DNA of 64,000 nt. It comes from Chlorokybus atmophyticus. Taxonomy: Eukaryota; Plantae; Mesostigma and Chlorokybus algae. Below are positions 1 to 12,522 of the stretch, in pieces (position 1 is the first letter of the stretch; the number at the start of each line of letters is the position of its first letter). Made by a program: the position numbers and the translations under genes. The stretch spans positions 757,036-821,035 of the forward strand of contig RHPI01002048.1 of NCBI GenBank assembly GCA_009103225.1, in the 5' to 3' direction. Below the pieces are notes generated by a model that saw only the letters and a program-made list of their open reading frames with translations, did not search any database and had not been told where the DNA came from.

Positions 1-249
1 TCTCCTTCACCGCCGCCGCCGCCGCCGCCACAGAGGCGAAGGTGACACGTAAGGTGGCGAAGCGGGTTGGTATGTGCTGAAGCGTATTCGGCCCCCCGAA
101 AATAGGCGCCGGGTCTCACGTGACTGCGCCGCGTTTCGCGTGTCACGTGTCCCGGACACGCAGTCAATCAGGATCTTCAGTGGCTCAGCAGACGATCTGG
201 GCTGGGTATGGGCATCTACAAAACGAACAAAGACCATATCCAAGAACTA

Positions 250-575
250 CCGTATTTACCCTTTCACAATGCCCCCCCTATTACAATTACCCCCCTGGAT
301 TTCAAGAGGGGGCACACTGTTAGGCTGTACTATGCCCCCTTCTCGTATATAGTGCCCCCCTGCTATGAGGTTACGCATACAATACAGTAAGTTACATTCC
401 AGTTACAATTATGTTGCGTGTCTTTTATCATCAGGTTATGTTGCATACAGTCAAATATGCTCAATCAGAAGAATTTAATTCAATACAATGCCCCCTCTTG
501 AATTGATAGCTCCCTCACACAGATATTTCGGGGGTACTATGTTGGAAGTGGGCAAATTTTAACGAGTAGATACGG
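250..575. mobile_element. Degenerate pogo/Tc1-mariner-like MITE
   Basis: Left end TA|CCGTATTTACCC at 248-261; degenerate inverted right end GAGTAGATACGG|TT ending at 575; internal CCCCC/GGGGG runs; non-coding. Confidence 0.4.
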
Positions 576-579
576 TTTG

Positions 580-2740
580 TTGTTATTTATCCTAGTAAGA
601 CAATTTGTTTAAGCGCAATGATTTGTTTCCAAATTGCAACATGATACACACAAACGTCTAAAGATTGATAAAGCTTGCAATCAATTCAAGCATGAAAGTA
701 GAGTAAACATTAAAGACCTTTAAAAAAGGATTACCATGTTATATGAGCATTTTGGTGTTCAACTGTCACATGAACATAAGTGTATTTGTGCCAAAATATA
801 CAATGACAATCAATACGGCTTTAAGTTGGTGCTGTTATCTTATGCTCAACTTGTTATCAATATATGTATACATAATTTATAAGTAACATAGTGATGCGGA
901 ATATAGAAGCACTATCTATGATGTTTATAACCGTCATCAACATAAAATATAATGCTGTTTTATGCGTGATGTGTTGCTATGTGCTTATTTGATTGTTTTC
1001 GCCCCGAACGGACAACGTGGATATGATTTATGTCATAATGACCGTTTAACAGCGAGAACCTCCCAAAAAAACGTTCTTCGTTTATATCGTGTTCAACCTT
1101 ATGTTGTTAAAGAGATTCTGCCCTAATGCGATTAATGTGATATAAGGCGGCGCTTTATATAATTTGTCACAACTTGACAACATTGCTGCATCTGTCCTTA
1201 ATATGAGCAATACCTTATATTAAGGTTGCATTATAATCCTCCGCTTCGGCATTAAAGCATAGCACATTCACAAATTATTATATATAGAGTTAATTGACCG
1301 TGTTTAATGCAATGCAAGTTATGTCACACACACGCATTTCATAGATTTTGGTAATGCGTGTGTGTATCAGATAAGCATATCGTGCTGAATCAAGTAGTTG
1401 CATAGCATCAATGCTTAATAATAAGCTTGATATTCAAACAGGCTTGACATGCATATGGACAAGCGCTTCACAAAACTCGCATTGCGATCATATTTATGAT
1501 TAACAACCATGATGATTAATTGCTATAAACAAGTACAATATGTAGGATCAACTTTACTGTTGTTAATCACATTATAACATGTATGTTATGGAAAGTTTAT
1601 GCATACACTATTGGTAGCTATACATATCGTTGTTTTACCTTCTACTTTGTATAACATTCTCACGTTGTAATATGGCACTCTTATGCTATAATACAACATA
1701 AAAAACTGTTAATATGTGATAAGTATAGTACACAGAGTGTTACTAAACGTTTGCGCAATGTGCTTATATGCAAGCACGATTTGCAAGGTTATTTTGATAC
1801 GCACGTTCACAAACTACAAAAACCGTGTCAAACCATGGAGTATTGCCTGCCCAAATGAGTGTATAATATGACGATGTTATGAGCATGTGACATTTTTCTA
1901 TCTTGTAGGAAATCTTGCATATGTCGTAAATGTTAATATCATTTAAAGTTTGATCAAGTTGTAAGGCCTGCCGATAATATGACCATATTGTTTGCAGATA
2001 TCGATGTCCGCAACAGTAAATCATCACGCACACGCGCTAAATGAGCACTATCATGCACATTAAGAATATGTTATTGCTCATGGATTAGCAAGTTAAGTAA
2101 GTTATATCTTTACGAGTTATACCATTTGTACACGATGCGTCAATACATCATGCCGTGATGTATTTAATTCCATTCAATAAATGGCATGCAAGATTATCCA
2201 TCATAAGTTATGAGATGGAAGTTGGCAATATGTACTCATCAAGGAGCGCAATGATTTTGTCCGTAATTGTGTAATTATTGCGTTGTGTGTGCTGTGTGCG
2301 TTGCTGCATGCTTGTGTGCCTAGTTTAGTGCGTGGATGCTTGATTATGCTCTGTTTTCATATTGATATGATATGATCCGCATTTGTTGTTTTGTGTAATC
2401 TTTTCTGCATCACTGTGCATATAGTGCAACAAATATGACACCTTACGTGACATAAGTTATGTTGTGCGCAACCAGTTTAACACTATTATGCAGCATGAAA
2501 GCCTTATGATTAAGCGCGAAGTTGTGTGTGTTATATTTCAGGGTACTTCCTTTTACCACACCTGCATGCATTGCATTATCGCATGGATGACCCTAGCGAA
2601 GGATTTGAGCAAGACTGAAGGCGGCGACTTGTGAAGTTTATCAGCATTAGCACTTAAAGTATGAAAGACGAGATGCTGAAAGCAGTGCACATCAACAAAT
2701 TGGAAAGAGATACTTGTTGCTCATTGACATATGAATATAA
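580..2740. pseudogene. AT-rich decayed coding-like island (probable TE or virus remnant)
   Basis: About 27-37% GC in hand-counted sample lines, far below neighbouring genes; + strand frames read protein-like between TAA/TGA stops; no family identified. Confidence 0.35.
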
Positions 2741-2957
2741 AGAATGCTTCTAAACTTCAGCAAACAAGCTACCAATCATGTATTGAATATTGCATTTTTG
2801 TGGACGCATTCGCTCATATGGCAGCTCGTGCAGCAAGGGCGTTTGTAAAATGTACCAGCCGTGTACACAAAATGCAGGTGATGTATGCAACAAGCATAAC
2901 ACATGCATGGACATGACACTAACCACAGCAACACTCACCTGTGTACTAGGTGTGCTA

Positions 2958-3035
2958 CCGTATTTGCCCGGATAGAAGCCCCCCACCCGATTTTACGAAG
3001 GGGGCTTTTATTGCACCGGGGGGGCCTTTATTCGG
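2958..3035 (+). mobile_element. Single pogo-like terminal inverted repeat/subterminal region
   Basis: TA|CCGTATTTGCCCGGATAGAAGCCC resembles the 250 end; no partner TIR seen before the N at 3410. Confidence 0.4.
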
Positions 3036-3038
3036 CGC

Positions 3039-3134
3039 GAGTTACGCTGCTGCATGTGGGAGTCGCGCGCGTCAGGTGTGACTTGACACTTGACGCGCGC
3101 GACTCGCACACTCGCACATGTGTGAGCGTAACTC
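3039..3134. repeat. Long imperfect hairpin
   Basis: GAGTCGCGCGCGTCA (3060-3074) pairs with TGACGCGCGCGACTC (3091-3105); outer arms GAGTTACGCT (3039-3048)/AGCGTAACTC (3125-3134). Confidence 0.85.
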
Positions 3135-3297
3135 GAGCGCGGCGTACGTAACTCGCCGGGCACAATGGGCCGTATTGAGCTAGGCGGCACGCGCATGCCT
3201 GCCTGTATGTGCACATATATTCCGGCACGCGAACGCAGGCACACACGCATGCGCACGCACACTATCATACGTACAGAGGTGTAAGTGCATGACTTAC

Positions 3298-3409
3298 CGC
3301 CAACAACGCCAGAGTTGCGCAGAGGGGGCTCGAAGATCATGACCGTGTCGTCGGCAAGGAAGAACTGCACGATGAAGCGGCGAGTTTGGTCCGTCTCGGA
3401 CACCTTGTC
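3298..3409 (-). pseudogene. Isolated DM10-domain exon of an EFHC1/RIB72-family axonemal protein
   Basis: DKVSETDQTRRFIVQFFLADDTVMIFEPPLRNSGVVGG matches the DM10 FLADDT-I-FEPP-RNSG-GG motif; ends at a GTAAGT donor; begins at an N (3410). Confidence 0.75.
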
Positions 3410-3479
3410 NACATCAAGAAACATATGCATGACTGATTGCGCTCGGTCATGAGTTATGACTCATAACCGCGAGTGCACT

Positions 3480-6400
3480 TTAATCGATGATCTTGTAAGC
3501 CTTCACAGGTCTGGCGTGTAGCACGCGTGCTTGCATCTGTGGATGCACGGCGCTTGGAACAGCTTGTGGCAGGTGAGGACTTGATAGTGAAGGTCGTGAG
3601 GAGTGCGTAACTGAACTGTGCACTGACGCTTCACCCAGTTGCAGTTTAGTTTTGGTGGGGCGCTGCAGTGAACAAACATTCAGCTGTCAGGCGTGCTAAG
3701 CAGTACAATATGTAATGCAAAGCACAAGCACTTTACCGGCAGTTTGTCAGGTAGCTCATCAACAACACTTGTGCGTGGCAAATCGGCAGCAGCCGGTGAC
3801 ACAGAACAGGGTCCTTGTTGGTTGGAGGTTGAGCTTGTGTTACCAAAGTTTCTGAGGGCTTCCCGTGACAACTGTTGCTGCTGTTGCATGCAAATGAGCG
3901 TGAGTGCAATACGCCTACATAACAATCTGTGTCTGCACAACACACATCTGGTTACCTGTATAATTTTTTCATAGACCTTTCGCCGCTCGGTTAGCTGGGC
4001 AATCTGCTCATGATTTTACATGTTGGTACCAGCAGACTACTAGCCAGCTGTGATGGCTTTGTCCACTCCAGTGACATATATCATTGGTTGTTACCTCCAG
4101 ATGCTGTAAACTTGCTCTGCGGGTGCCACACTGTGCACCAAAGTTAACAACAGTTCAGTTCACCATGCCTAATTTCGCATATTGTGGGCATTTTGCATTG
4201 TGACAAGCCACCTGTGTTCGCACCTGCAATGCCGGAGCCTTTCCCCCCTTTGCATTCCCATCGTTGGCGCGTACCACGCCATCCACGGCCTGATTGTCCA
4301 GGGATAACAACAACTGGGCAAACGCATTCATCAACCTCTTGCGCAGCCTGACCAACTGACCTGAATTCTCTTCAACCTGTCATTGGTGCGCCGCAACTCG
4401 TTCAGCTCAAGTGCGATGGTTGCCAGAGCAACTGCCAGTTGGGTCTCTATGGTGCCATCCAGTGGGAGTGACTCAGGTGTCACAGACATTGCACGCAGCT
4501 TTTGGATGGCATGCTGGAGTGCGGACGAATATGTCTTGGCCTGGAGTTGAAGGGTCTGCGCCAAGTTGGTGGCCTCTTCTAGCGCAGCCTGCGAGTTGTG
4601 GCAATGCTTGAGACGGCAATGCAGTGGTTTGTCACCGTGCATTGAGACAGCACTCTTGACAACATCAATAAAGCTTGACAGCTATGTATATTGCGGAATA
4701 GTAATCATGCAAGCGCAATAGAAGTTGGCGTGCAACACGCTCCCTTATCCCAACAGTCGTTTGTAGTACATACAATCATAATTACTGACAGTATGCAATC
4801 AGTACCAAAATTGGGCTTACCCCTAGCTCATGACAGTTGGCTTCCTGGCGCGCCAGCCTGGTTTCAATGGCTCTCTTCTCCGCAACCTGTGCTTGAGCAT
4901 TCTCCAATGCCGCACGCGCATCCTCAACTGCCTCTGACAGCACATGCGCCTGATCGCACTTCTGGTGCAGAGCTTCAACAGCTGCTTCCCGCTCACCTGC
5001 ACGGTCAGCGTTGGTATGCTGATCATGCACAGGCGCCGGCATATATTAGGTGCGCGCAGGTACTCACCTTCGCTTACAGCCAATGCTGCTCCAACAGATG
5101 CTGCAAGATCTTGGACATACTTGACCACATTCTCCCAGCTCTCTTGGCCATTGTGTGTGCCCTTCCACTTTATCAAGCTGCCCTTGGGCAGCCGTGTTTG
5201 TACACTACAGTGCAGCTGTTTTGCCGCGGATGCGATTACGCTCACATGGCTTGCGTGCTCCGTTCTGATGCTGTGCAGCTGCATACGCAAGCTGCGTGCA
5301 TCGGCCTGTGTTGATGATAGCAAGTCCTGTAGTGAACAGGGTTGATGTGGGTTGCAAGCAAAGCTCAGTGTGAAGGTGTGCAGGACATGCATGGGGTGGG
5401 AGGGACGAAGAGCGCACCCGCCCCAGGGCCGCGCGGAAGGTGGGCTGGGGGTAAAGTTGGCTTGTGGTGTACGTGCGTAAGGGGGGGTGGAAGGGGGGGG
5501 GGGCTGTTGGTTACCTGCAAACCGTCACACTGTAGTCGCAGCGCATCTGCGTTTGCAAGGCTTGTTTCCGCTTGCTGCTGCCAACTTCGCTGCGCTGTAC
5601 ATACCTGGTCTGCCAGCTCTTGTGCGTGCTCAACCTGCCATGGTGTGCAAGTGAGCGTTGCATAGCTGTGCATTGGCAGGCAGACATAATCAGCCTGGAT
5701 TGCCCCGCTTACAGCTGCTGCTTGCAGCTCACGTGTTACTTGCACATGTGCGCACGAAGACTCTGTCTGTGCTTGTAGCTTTGTTTCCAGCTCAGCAAGC
5801 TGTGAGCGCAGCTCTTGAGATGTTTGTGCATGATGGGAATTAGCAAACTCCAGCGCTGTGTTGTCGCATTGCAGCTGATCAATGGTTTGCTGCAGGGATG
5901 TCTCCTGCTCCCATGATGCCTGAAGTGCACCCTGCAACCTATCTACCTGTGCCTGCACAGTAGGTATAACATAGATTGGTCATTACTGCTTAGTGATCGT
6001 GCCACCACAGCCATCTGAGTCAGGAGAGACTCAAGAGAACAGACAAATGAGCTAACATGCAGGGATGCATCCCAGCAAGTCTCTTGTATGTGCCTTATGC
6101 ACAATGACCTGCAAATGTTGTTCTTGCTGTTCCATCACATCTTGTCTCTTTCTTTGACTGCTAATCATGGTCTCCAACGCTTGCTCAGCTGCAGATGCCT
6201 GGGCCTTGGCAGCTTCAACTGATGCACGCGCATGTTGTAGATTAGATGCCGCTGCATCTCTTTCACGTGCCTGTAAATAGCATAACATAGCTTCAGATGC
6301 TTGCAGTTGTAACCGGCTTTGGCGACAAGGCACATGTCACCTACTGTCGTTGCTTGTAATGTGTCAACTGCTTTGCATGCTTCCTCTGCATGACATTTGT

Positions 6401-9400
6401 ACTCCTGGATGACATTCTGGATGACGCTACGTATACAATCCAGTGCTTGATGCCAGCCTGGCTGGTTGCCGCTGGAATCTTCGTCATTGTCAATGACATC
6501 TTGATGCAAGTGCATTCGCAACTCTGCTGACAATGCCAGCAAGCATGCTGAGCACTCTTGTAAGTCTGACAGCGTTGCCATATGCGCTGCTTGTATCTCA
6601 TCCCGCGCCACCTGCATAGGTCACAACCGTCAGGCAGCAGTGCAGCAGCACGAACACACCTCAAGGCTTGATGTTTGACCTGTGTGTCCATGAGCTGTTT
6701 CTCCACTCGCGCATTGCGCTCCAGAGTCTCTGTCAAGACGGATCTCATGTCCGTGGCTTCTGCCTGTGCTTGGTGCAATGCCATGCTGGCGTCATGCAGC
6801 ATGTCCTTCAACGATGCATTCTCTGCATCCTGCAAGCAACTACTATGTTAAACTGTTGCTGCAGCTTTTAAATCTGGGCCATGCAATAATACTCAGCCTA
6901 TATGACACCCAGGCATGCAGGCACAAGTGAAGCTTACATAAGTCTGGACAAAGCTATAGGTGTAAGATGTGGTGCACTAGGACGACCAGCTGATGCAGGG
7001 AACAAACCTTGGAGCTGTAGGCTTGCCTCCACGTGTTTACGACTTCCTCAACAGCTCTCACTCGCTGGCGTACAGCTGGTGACCACTCTTGAACAGATGG
7101 TGTGGGTGACGCAACTGCATTATACAGCCCATTAGCACCACGGTCTCTTATGTCAGGCTGTCCAGCTGAATGTTTTTGAACAACAACCGCAATGCCAGTG
7201 CGTACCTTGAGTATCACGCATGGCACCGTGTCTGTCCGCTGGCTGTTTATGCAGTCCATGTTGCGGTGTAACAACGCTGCATGTGGGTTGGCCCTGCCGA
7301 TAACAAGCACTCTGCTTTAGTGATTGCAGATGCTTGCGCATTAAAGGTGCATCACTTCCTTACCTCAAGTGAAGACTGACCAAGTGTTTCCAATGCGTCC
7401 TTCAGTTCATCGACCTGCGCCTCAGCAGCCGTCTTGGCTGCTACAAGATCCGCAACAAGATGCTCCAAGGACTGCACAGCATTTGCGTCATTCTTTGTGG
7501 CGACAAGAGCTGGCAGGCTGCTGTGGGGCTTTACCTCAATACTATGTGCCAGCTCTTGAATGTCCTTGGCCTGTTGCTGTGCTATGTCATCAAGCGCACT
7601 AGGTTGCTCGGTTTGCACCTGTACGCACTAGACCTTGTCATGCTTGCCCTTCATGCAGTATCAATGGCTCAATGCAGACAAACTACCTTGACATTGCACG
7701 TAGCACAGTTCTTTGCTTCGAACAGCCCAAAATCCAGTTTCCCAGTTGTAAGCCAGAAGCCTGCACTGCCCGGTGTGCGAGGATACTCTGGACGTATAAG
7801 CTGTGGTGTCCCGTCCTCTGCAACCTGTGTTTAGACAAAGTCTTGACGTTATCCTCTGATCTCTGGTATGAAAACACCACTTAGACAAGGCCGAAACCCC
7901 GGTGTTCTCTAGGTGGTGCCTTCTCTGGGTGGTGTTGTTTGCAAGTTCATTACTTGATGTGCGTAGGAAAGGCTGCGAGATTGCTTGCAAGCCTCCTCCA
8001 TAGCTGTCCCCTGTTGTAATGCGCTGCGATCCACAACCTCCATTTGAGCAGCAGAGTCAACCAACACCTTGCAGAGCAGCAGTCAGTTAGCTAGATTGGT
8101 GGGAGAAGCGATGCGCATGAACGCAACTACTTGATTGGCTGCATTGAGCTACGCACTGCATTGAGTGCATCATTACCTTGCTGGCTGCTATTGCCATGCT
8201 TGCAGACCATTTGCGCTGCAGTTCACCCTGTTAGTACGCAACCCAGGTGCTTAACACATAGTACGTCAGCAACCAAGCAGCACAGCTTTATCACTTACAT
8301 GCGCATCTTGACGACACTTCCCTGCAAGTGTATGCTGCTTAAAACCCAGCCTGCACAAGTACATGTCCTTGGTTGCACGGACAGTCCTGAAAAAGCAATA
8401 CGCTTTCAGAAGGGCTCTTTCTGATGCGCACTGCCTGTGCAGATAACATGCTCAAGTGCAGGCGCACCTTGCCGCCCGGTGTCTTCGCCTCAGTACAGTC
8501 ACCAATGCAGTCAACGCCTTGATTTGCCGTCGTTGCCCCTTGGTGGTGGCTGCAAGTTGTCGCGCTATTCTCCTGACTGTTTGCAGTTCTTCCACCACAG
8601 CAATTTTATTCACCTTGCTCGCAAAGCGCACGCCCTCAAGCTCGGCATAGGCAAGCAAAAATTGGTGCTGCGCACCTGCCTGTTGTGAGTGTGCATGACA
8701 GTGAGTACGAATTGATCACCCACAATCATCTACAGAATAGTACTAGCAACAGCCACCTTTGCTTCAGTGAGTTGCTGGTGTAGAGTGTCAACTTCCTGTT
8801 TGGCTGCAAGAAATGCCCCTTCCAGCATGGTAGATCTCTCAGAGGCCTCCGCCAATTGGAGCATGGCCGTGTCCAAACGCTGCTGCAATGTGTGCTTCAC
8901 TACACACGCTTCCTCCACCATATGAGCCGCTTCGCCTTGCATCTGTGCTCGCACACAAGTAGCGTCAAGTGTGCTGACCCCGGTAGCTACTGCCACAGGT
9001 TTGGTGGTGGTCGTACCTGCTCTGCGCAAGCGAGCACAGCAGCAAGGTCACGTCGCATTGCTTCTGTTGTTTGGGGTGTATGCAATCTATGCCAGCCTGC
9101 ACAGTGCATGATAATCAGTCTGCAGCAGAGCAGTTGGCAGCAGCAAGCTTACAGGCGGCGTTGCGAGGGAGAGGAGTCTCTGAAAGCTGCGTCTTCAGTT
9201 GCAGTCGCTCGACCTGCGCATATGTTTCCAACAACAAGATTATGTAGCAACTTTGACACAGCACATCAGCAATTGCATGCACAAACATGCGAAAACACAT
9301 AAAGCACCGTGGTAGGCAGAGTAGTTGGGTTTGCGTTCAATGAAGGTGCAAGCAGAGACGAAAGCCTGTGCACCTCCCGCTCCAGGTCAGCTTTCACTTG

Positions 9401-11759
9401 CTCTAATTGTGCAATGGTCTCGGTAGTGGCAAGTAGCCGCTGGCGTAGTTGAAAGGCTGGAGTCTGAACATTGTGGCAAGTAGCAGGAGTGCAGGGGTCA
9501 GCCTGCCCACCAGCTGTCAAGTTTGCAGTGTGTGGACTGCTTTGCAACAGCGGTTGAAAGTCTTCTACGGAGCACATTTGGTGAGTCCAGCTGCACAGCG
9601 GGAGGCGTGCTGAGTTATCACGTAGCACAAATTGTCCAAGAGTAAATCACACTGCAATTGAATGTTCCATACCCAATCACACAACAAATCGAATAAGCAA
9701 AGCCTGGCGAGCGACTTGTCAAGTTGACTTTGCCCGAGCAGCGAACAAAGTCGCTGCCCAGCCATTGGACACCATTGTTAGCATCCATAGCATGTACCTT
9801 GCAGTTGCATTGTTGTTCACCGTGACCTCTCCTGCCAGCTCTGTGCCCCTACCCTGTGGCGCACCAACGCTTGCGGGCTCCACAGCAGCTACCTGCGGCC
9901 GCTGTTGTTTCTGCCATACCACAACACCAATGAATAGACCTCTCAACAATTAGCACAAGTTCCTTGTGCTAATTGTCTCATGACATGCAGTATGCTTATA
10001 ACTTAATATCTGACCGCAGCATGTTGACAGCATATGGGTGCACAGAAAAACGGCACCCAAGACCAGTTACCTGTGCACACAGCACAGCTCGGCCAGTTGA
10101 TGTTGACTCAACATAGAGCAAACTCACCTTGTTGTGCATGCCAGCAATCGCCACTCCGCCACATAGCATATCAATGTCATTCCTAAAGCTGCAGCTCACT
10201 GTATTCTGTGCGGCTTCAAGGGCTTCAATGCGCTCCTTGGCTACTCTCCATGCCTCCATATGCTGCCGTACATCTTGAAGAAATGACTGCACACTAACAG
10301 TGGCTCAGGCGAACGAACGACCATGTGACTATGGATGCATCAACAATGAGCGCCCACATCACAAAGCTGAAGCGCAGCGCATGTCCCCAATGACTTGTTG
10401 GTGAACTGCACTCAGTGCCAGGCATGTTAACGAAAGCAGAAGCTTTTGCTATGCCAAGTTTGGACCTCACGGCTGACGCCCAGGCATGCTGCGGCAGCGC
10501 TGAGGACTGATCTCAACTCGTCGTGTTGAGCAGTCAGCATAGACAGCTGATGCTTCGCCTCAACCGCTTGCTGCTGCATCAGTTGCTTAGTAGTCGATTG
10601 GGCACTCGACTGCGTTGACAATTCTGCCTTTAGGAGTGATGCTTCTTCAATTGCCTGCAACAGGTATGCTTAACTTTGATACTGTTGGTCAGTTGCTTAC
10701 TAACTGCACAGCAGGTTGGACCAGACTACGCAGGCATTTACAGGCCACGAGAGATGTGACCACATAAGCGCCACACACATGCGCATGCGTACGTGCACAC
10801 GCATGAACGAACGCACTAGCCACAAAACATCTGCACCTGAACCAAGGTGCATATTCAAAAGTAGTTTGGATGCCCTACCAAAACGTACCTGTTGCAAACG
10901 GGCTTCCAAAGCTTCCCTGATTTCCTGCCCTGCAGCCACTTCCCCAGCAAGTAGCTCATTTTGTTCTTGGCATGCTTGTAACTCCTTACTCAAGACATCC
11001 AGCTGCTTAGCGTGGTCAGGTTCCTGTTCACTGAGACCGGCATCATGAACGAGCTGGCACAATGATGATGTTAGTGTTCCGCACCGTACATGCGTATCGC
11101 AGGCTTCACACGTGCTTATATGTAAGCTTTGCTCACCTGGAACTCATCAACAAATGATCGCACCGACTGGGCATTGCCTTCCATTGGTAGCAAATAGGTT
11201 CCCAGTCCCTGTTGCATGCATATCAAACCATGGTGTAGCTGGCAACTGCGCATGATTCATTGCCAACCATACAGAGCGTGCGGGCACAACCAAGAAACTG
11301 TAGCAAGAAACTTCAGTGCACTGGTTTCACAAGTGCAAGAACCAGAATCGCAAATTCCGGGCTGTTCTTCGTTGTTTCGAAAATTTTTGCACAAGTAACA
11401 TTACAAATGAAGCTCACCTGTGCCGCCCCATCCACGCGGCCGCACTCCTGAGCAGCCAAAATCAAGCGACTTTGCCCATCCAGCGTCCTGCCCACGTTTT
11501 TCTTGATGTCCGCTGTCTCACTGCAGGGATTGAGCGAGGCCACAACCTCCTCCAAGGCGACTTGCTTGGCTGCCGTCTTATTGGGGTTTGGCCCCAGCCT
11601 CTCTGGCTGGAGACTATTGCTGATGTCGGCCAGGGCGCGCCTTTGCCCAGAAACGCGTTGTAGAACACCAGACCGACAAACATCAGGCATATCACCAGAG
11701 AGATGACCAACAGCCACCAAGCCAGCATGCTGCCTATCCCGGCACTTCCCCGAGGCCAT
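3480..11759 (-). CDS. Large multi-exon coiled-coil protein with N-terminal D-box, function unknown
   Basis: Many GT-AG-bounded exons encoding heptad-rich Q/E/L/A sequence; ATG at 11759 (the ORF-track start at 11780 is GTG); probable last exon RPTKTK...AYKIID* ending 3480. Confidence 0.7.
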
Positions 11760-11988
11760 GTCAGCCACCTCGCCGTCCACCTCACAGCCAGGCGAACGTC
11801 ATCATAGCACTCCAAGTCTCGGCGGCATGCCAGGCTCAAATAGCGAGCAGCCCACCCCTTAATCAAGCCTACTACAAGCGCCGAGCTCCAGACCAACATG
11901 TGCAACCCCCCTCCTCCTCCTCCTCCGCCTCCTCCGCCGTCAATGTTGCCGTCACCGAGCCGTTGCAGCCAGCAATCAAATCAAACGC

Positions 11989-12005
11989 ATTCCCGCCAAA
12001 ACCCT
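11989..12005. promoter_or_regulatory. Overlapping E2F site and telo-box in divergent promoter
   Basis: ATTCCCGCCAAA (reverse TTTGGCGGGAAT) overlapping AAACCCTA at 11998-12005. Confidence 0.55.
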
Positions 12006-12522
12006 AGACCGTCATGAGCGTCACACTATGACGCGTGCTCCTCACACGCGTCACTTGCACTCGTCATGTCTTGCACGCGTGGCACGCGTGACGCTGCATG
12101 CTGTGGTCCTCAGCTGGTCCAGCAAGAAGGTGTGGCAACGGAGGTGGTGGCTGAGGAGGTGCCAGGACGCCGGGCGGCGTCAGCGGGAGGGTGGGGACTT
12201 GTGTTTCTGGTGGTAGGTGATGTGGCCAAGTGATGTGAATTGCAGCAGTGGCTGTCTGCCGCTCCACTGCGAGGTAGGCTAGCACAGGTGTGGAGGGGGC
12301 GCCTGGAAGCTGCCACGTGTGGTAAGGGGCAAAGCTTTCTTCCTGCTCTTCCCTACATTCCGTCCACGCATTGCATGTATCGCAATTGACGCGTGAGTGG
12401 CCCTGTGAAGTATGTTGCTTCTCGTGAAGCCCATGGTTGCCTGCACTGGTGCATGAGCACACATGAGTAGACAAAGCTGTGACAGCCTGATGCTGACCTT
12501 ATTCATTCTGGTCCAGGTGTCA

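Noticed and set aside
1973-2005. DNMTILFADID resembles a class III cyclase motif
   Set aside because: Lacks the following VGF and other cyclase motifs; frame is interrupted by stops.
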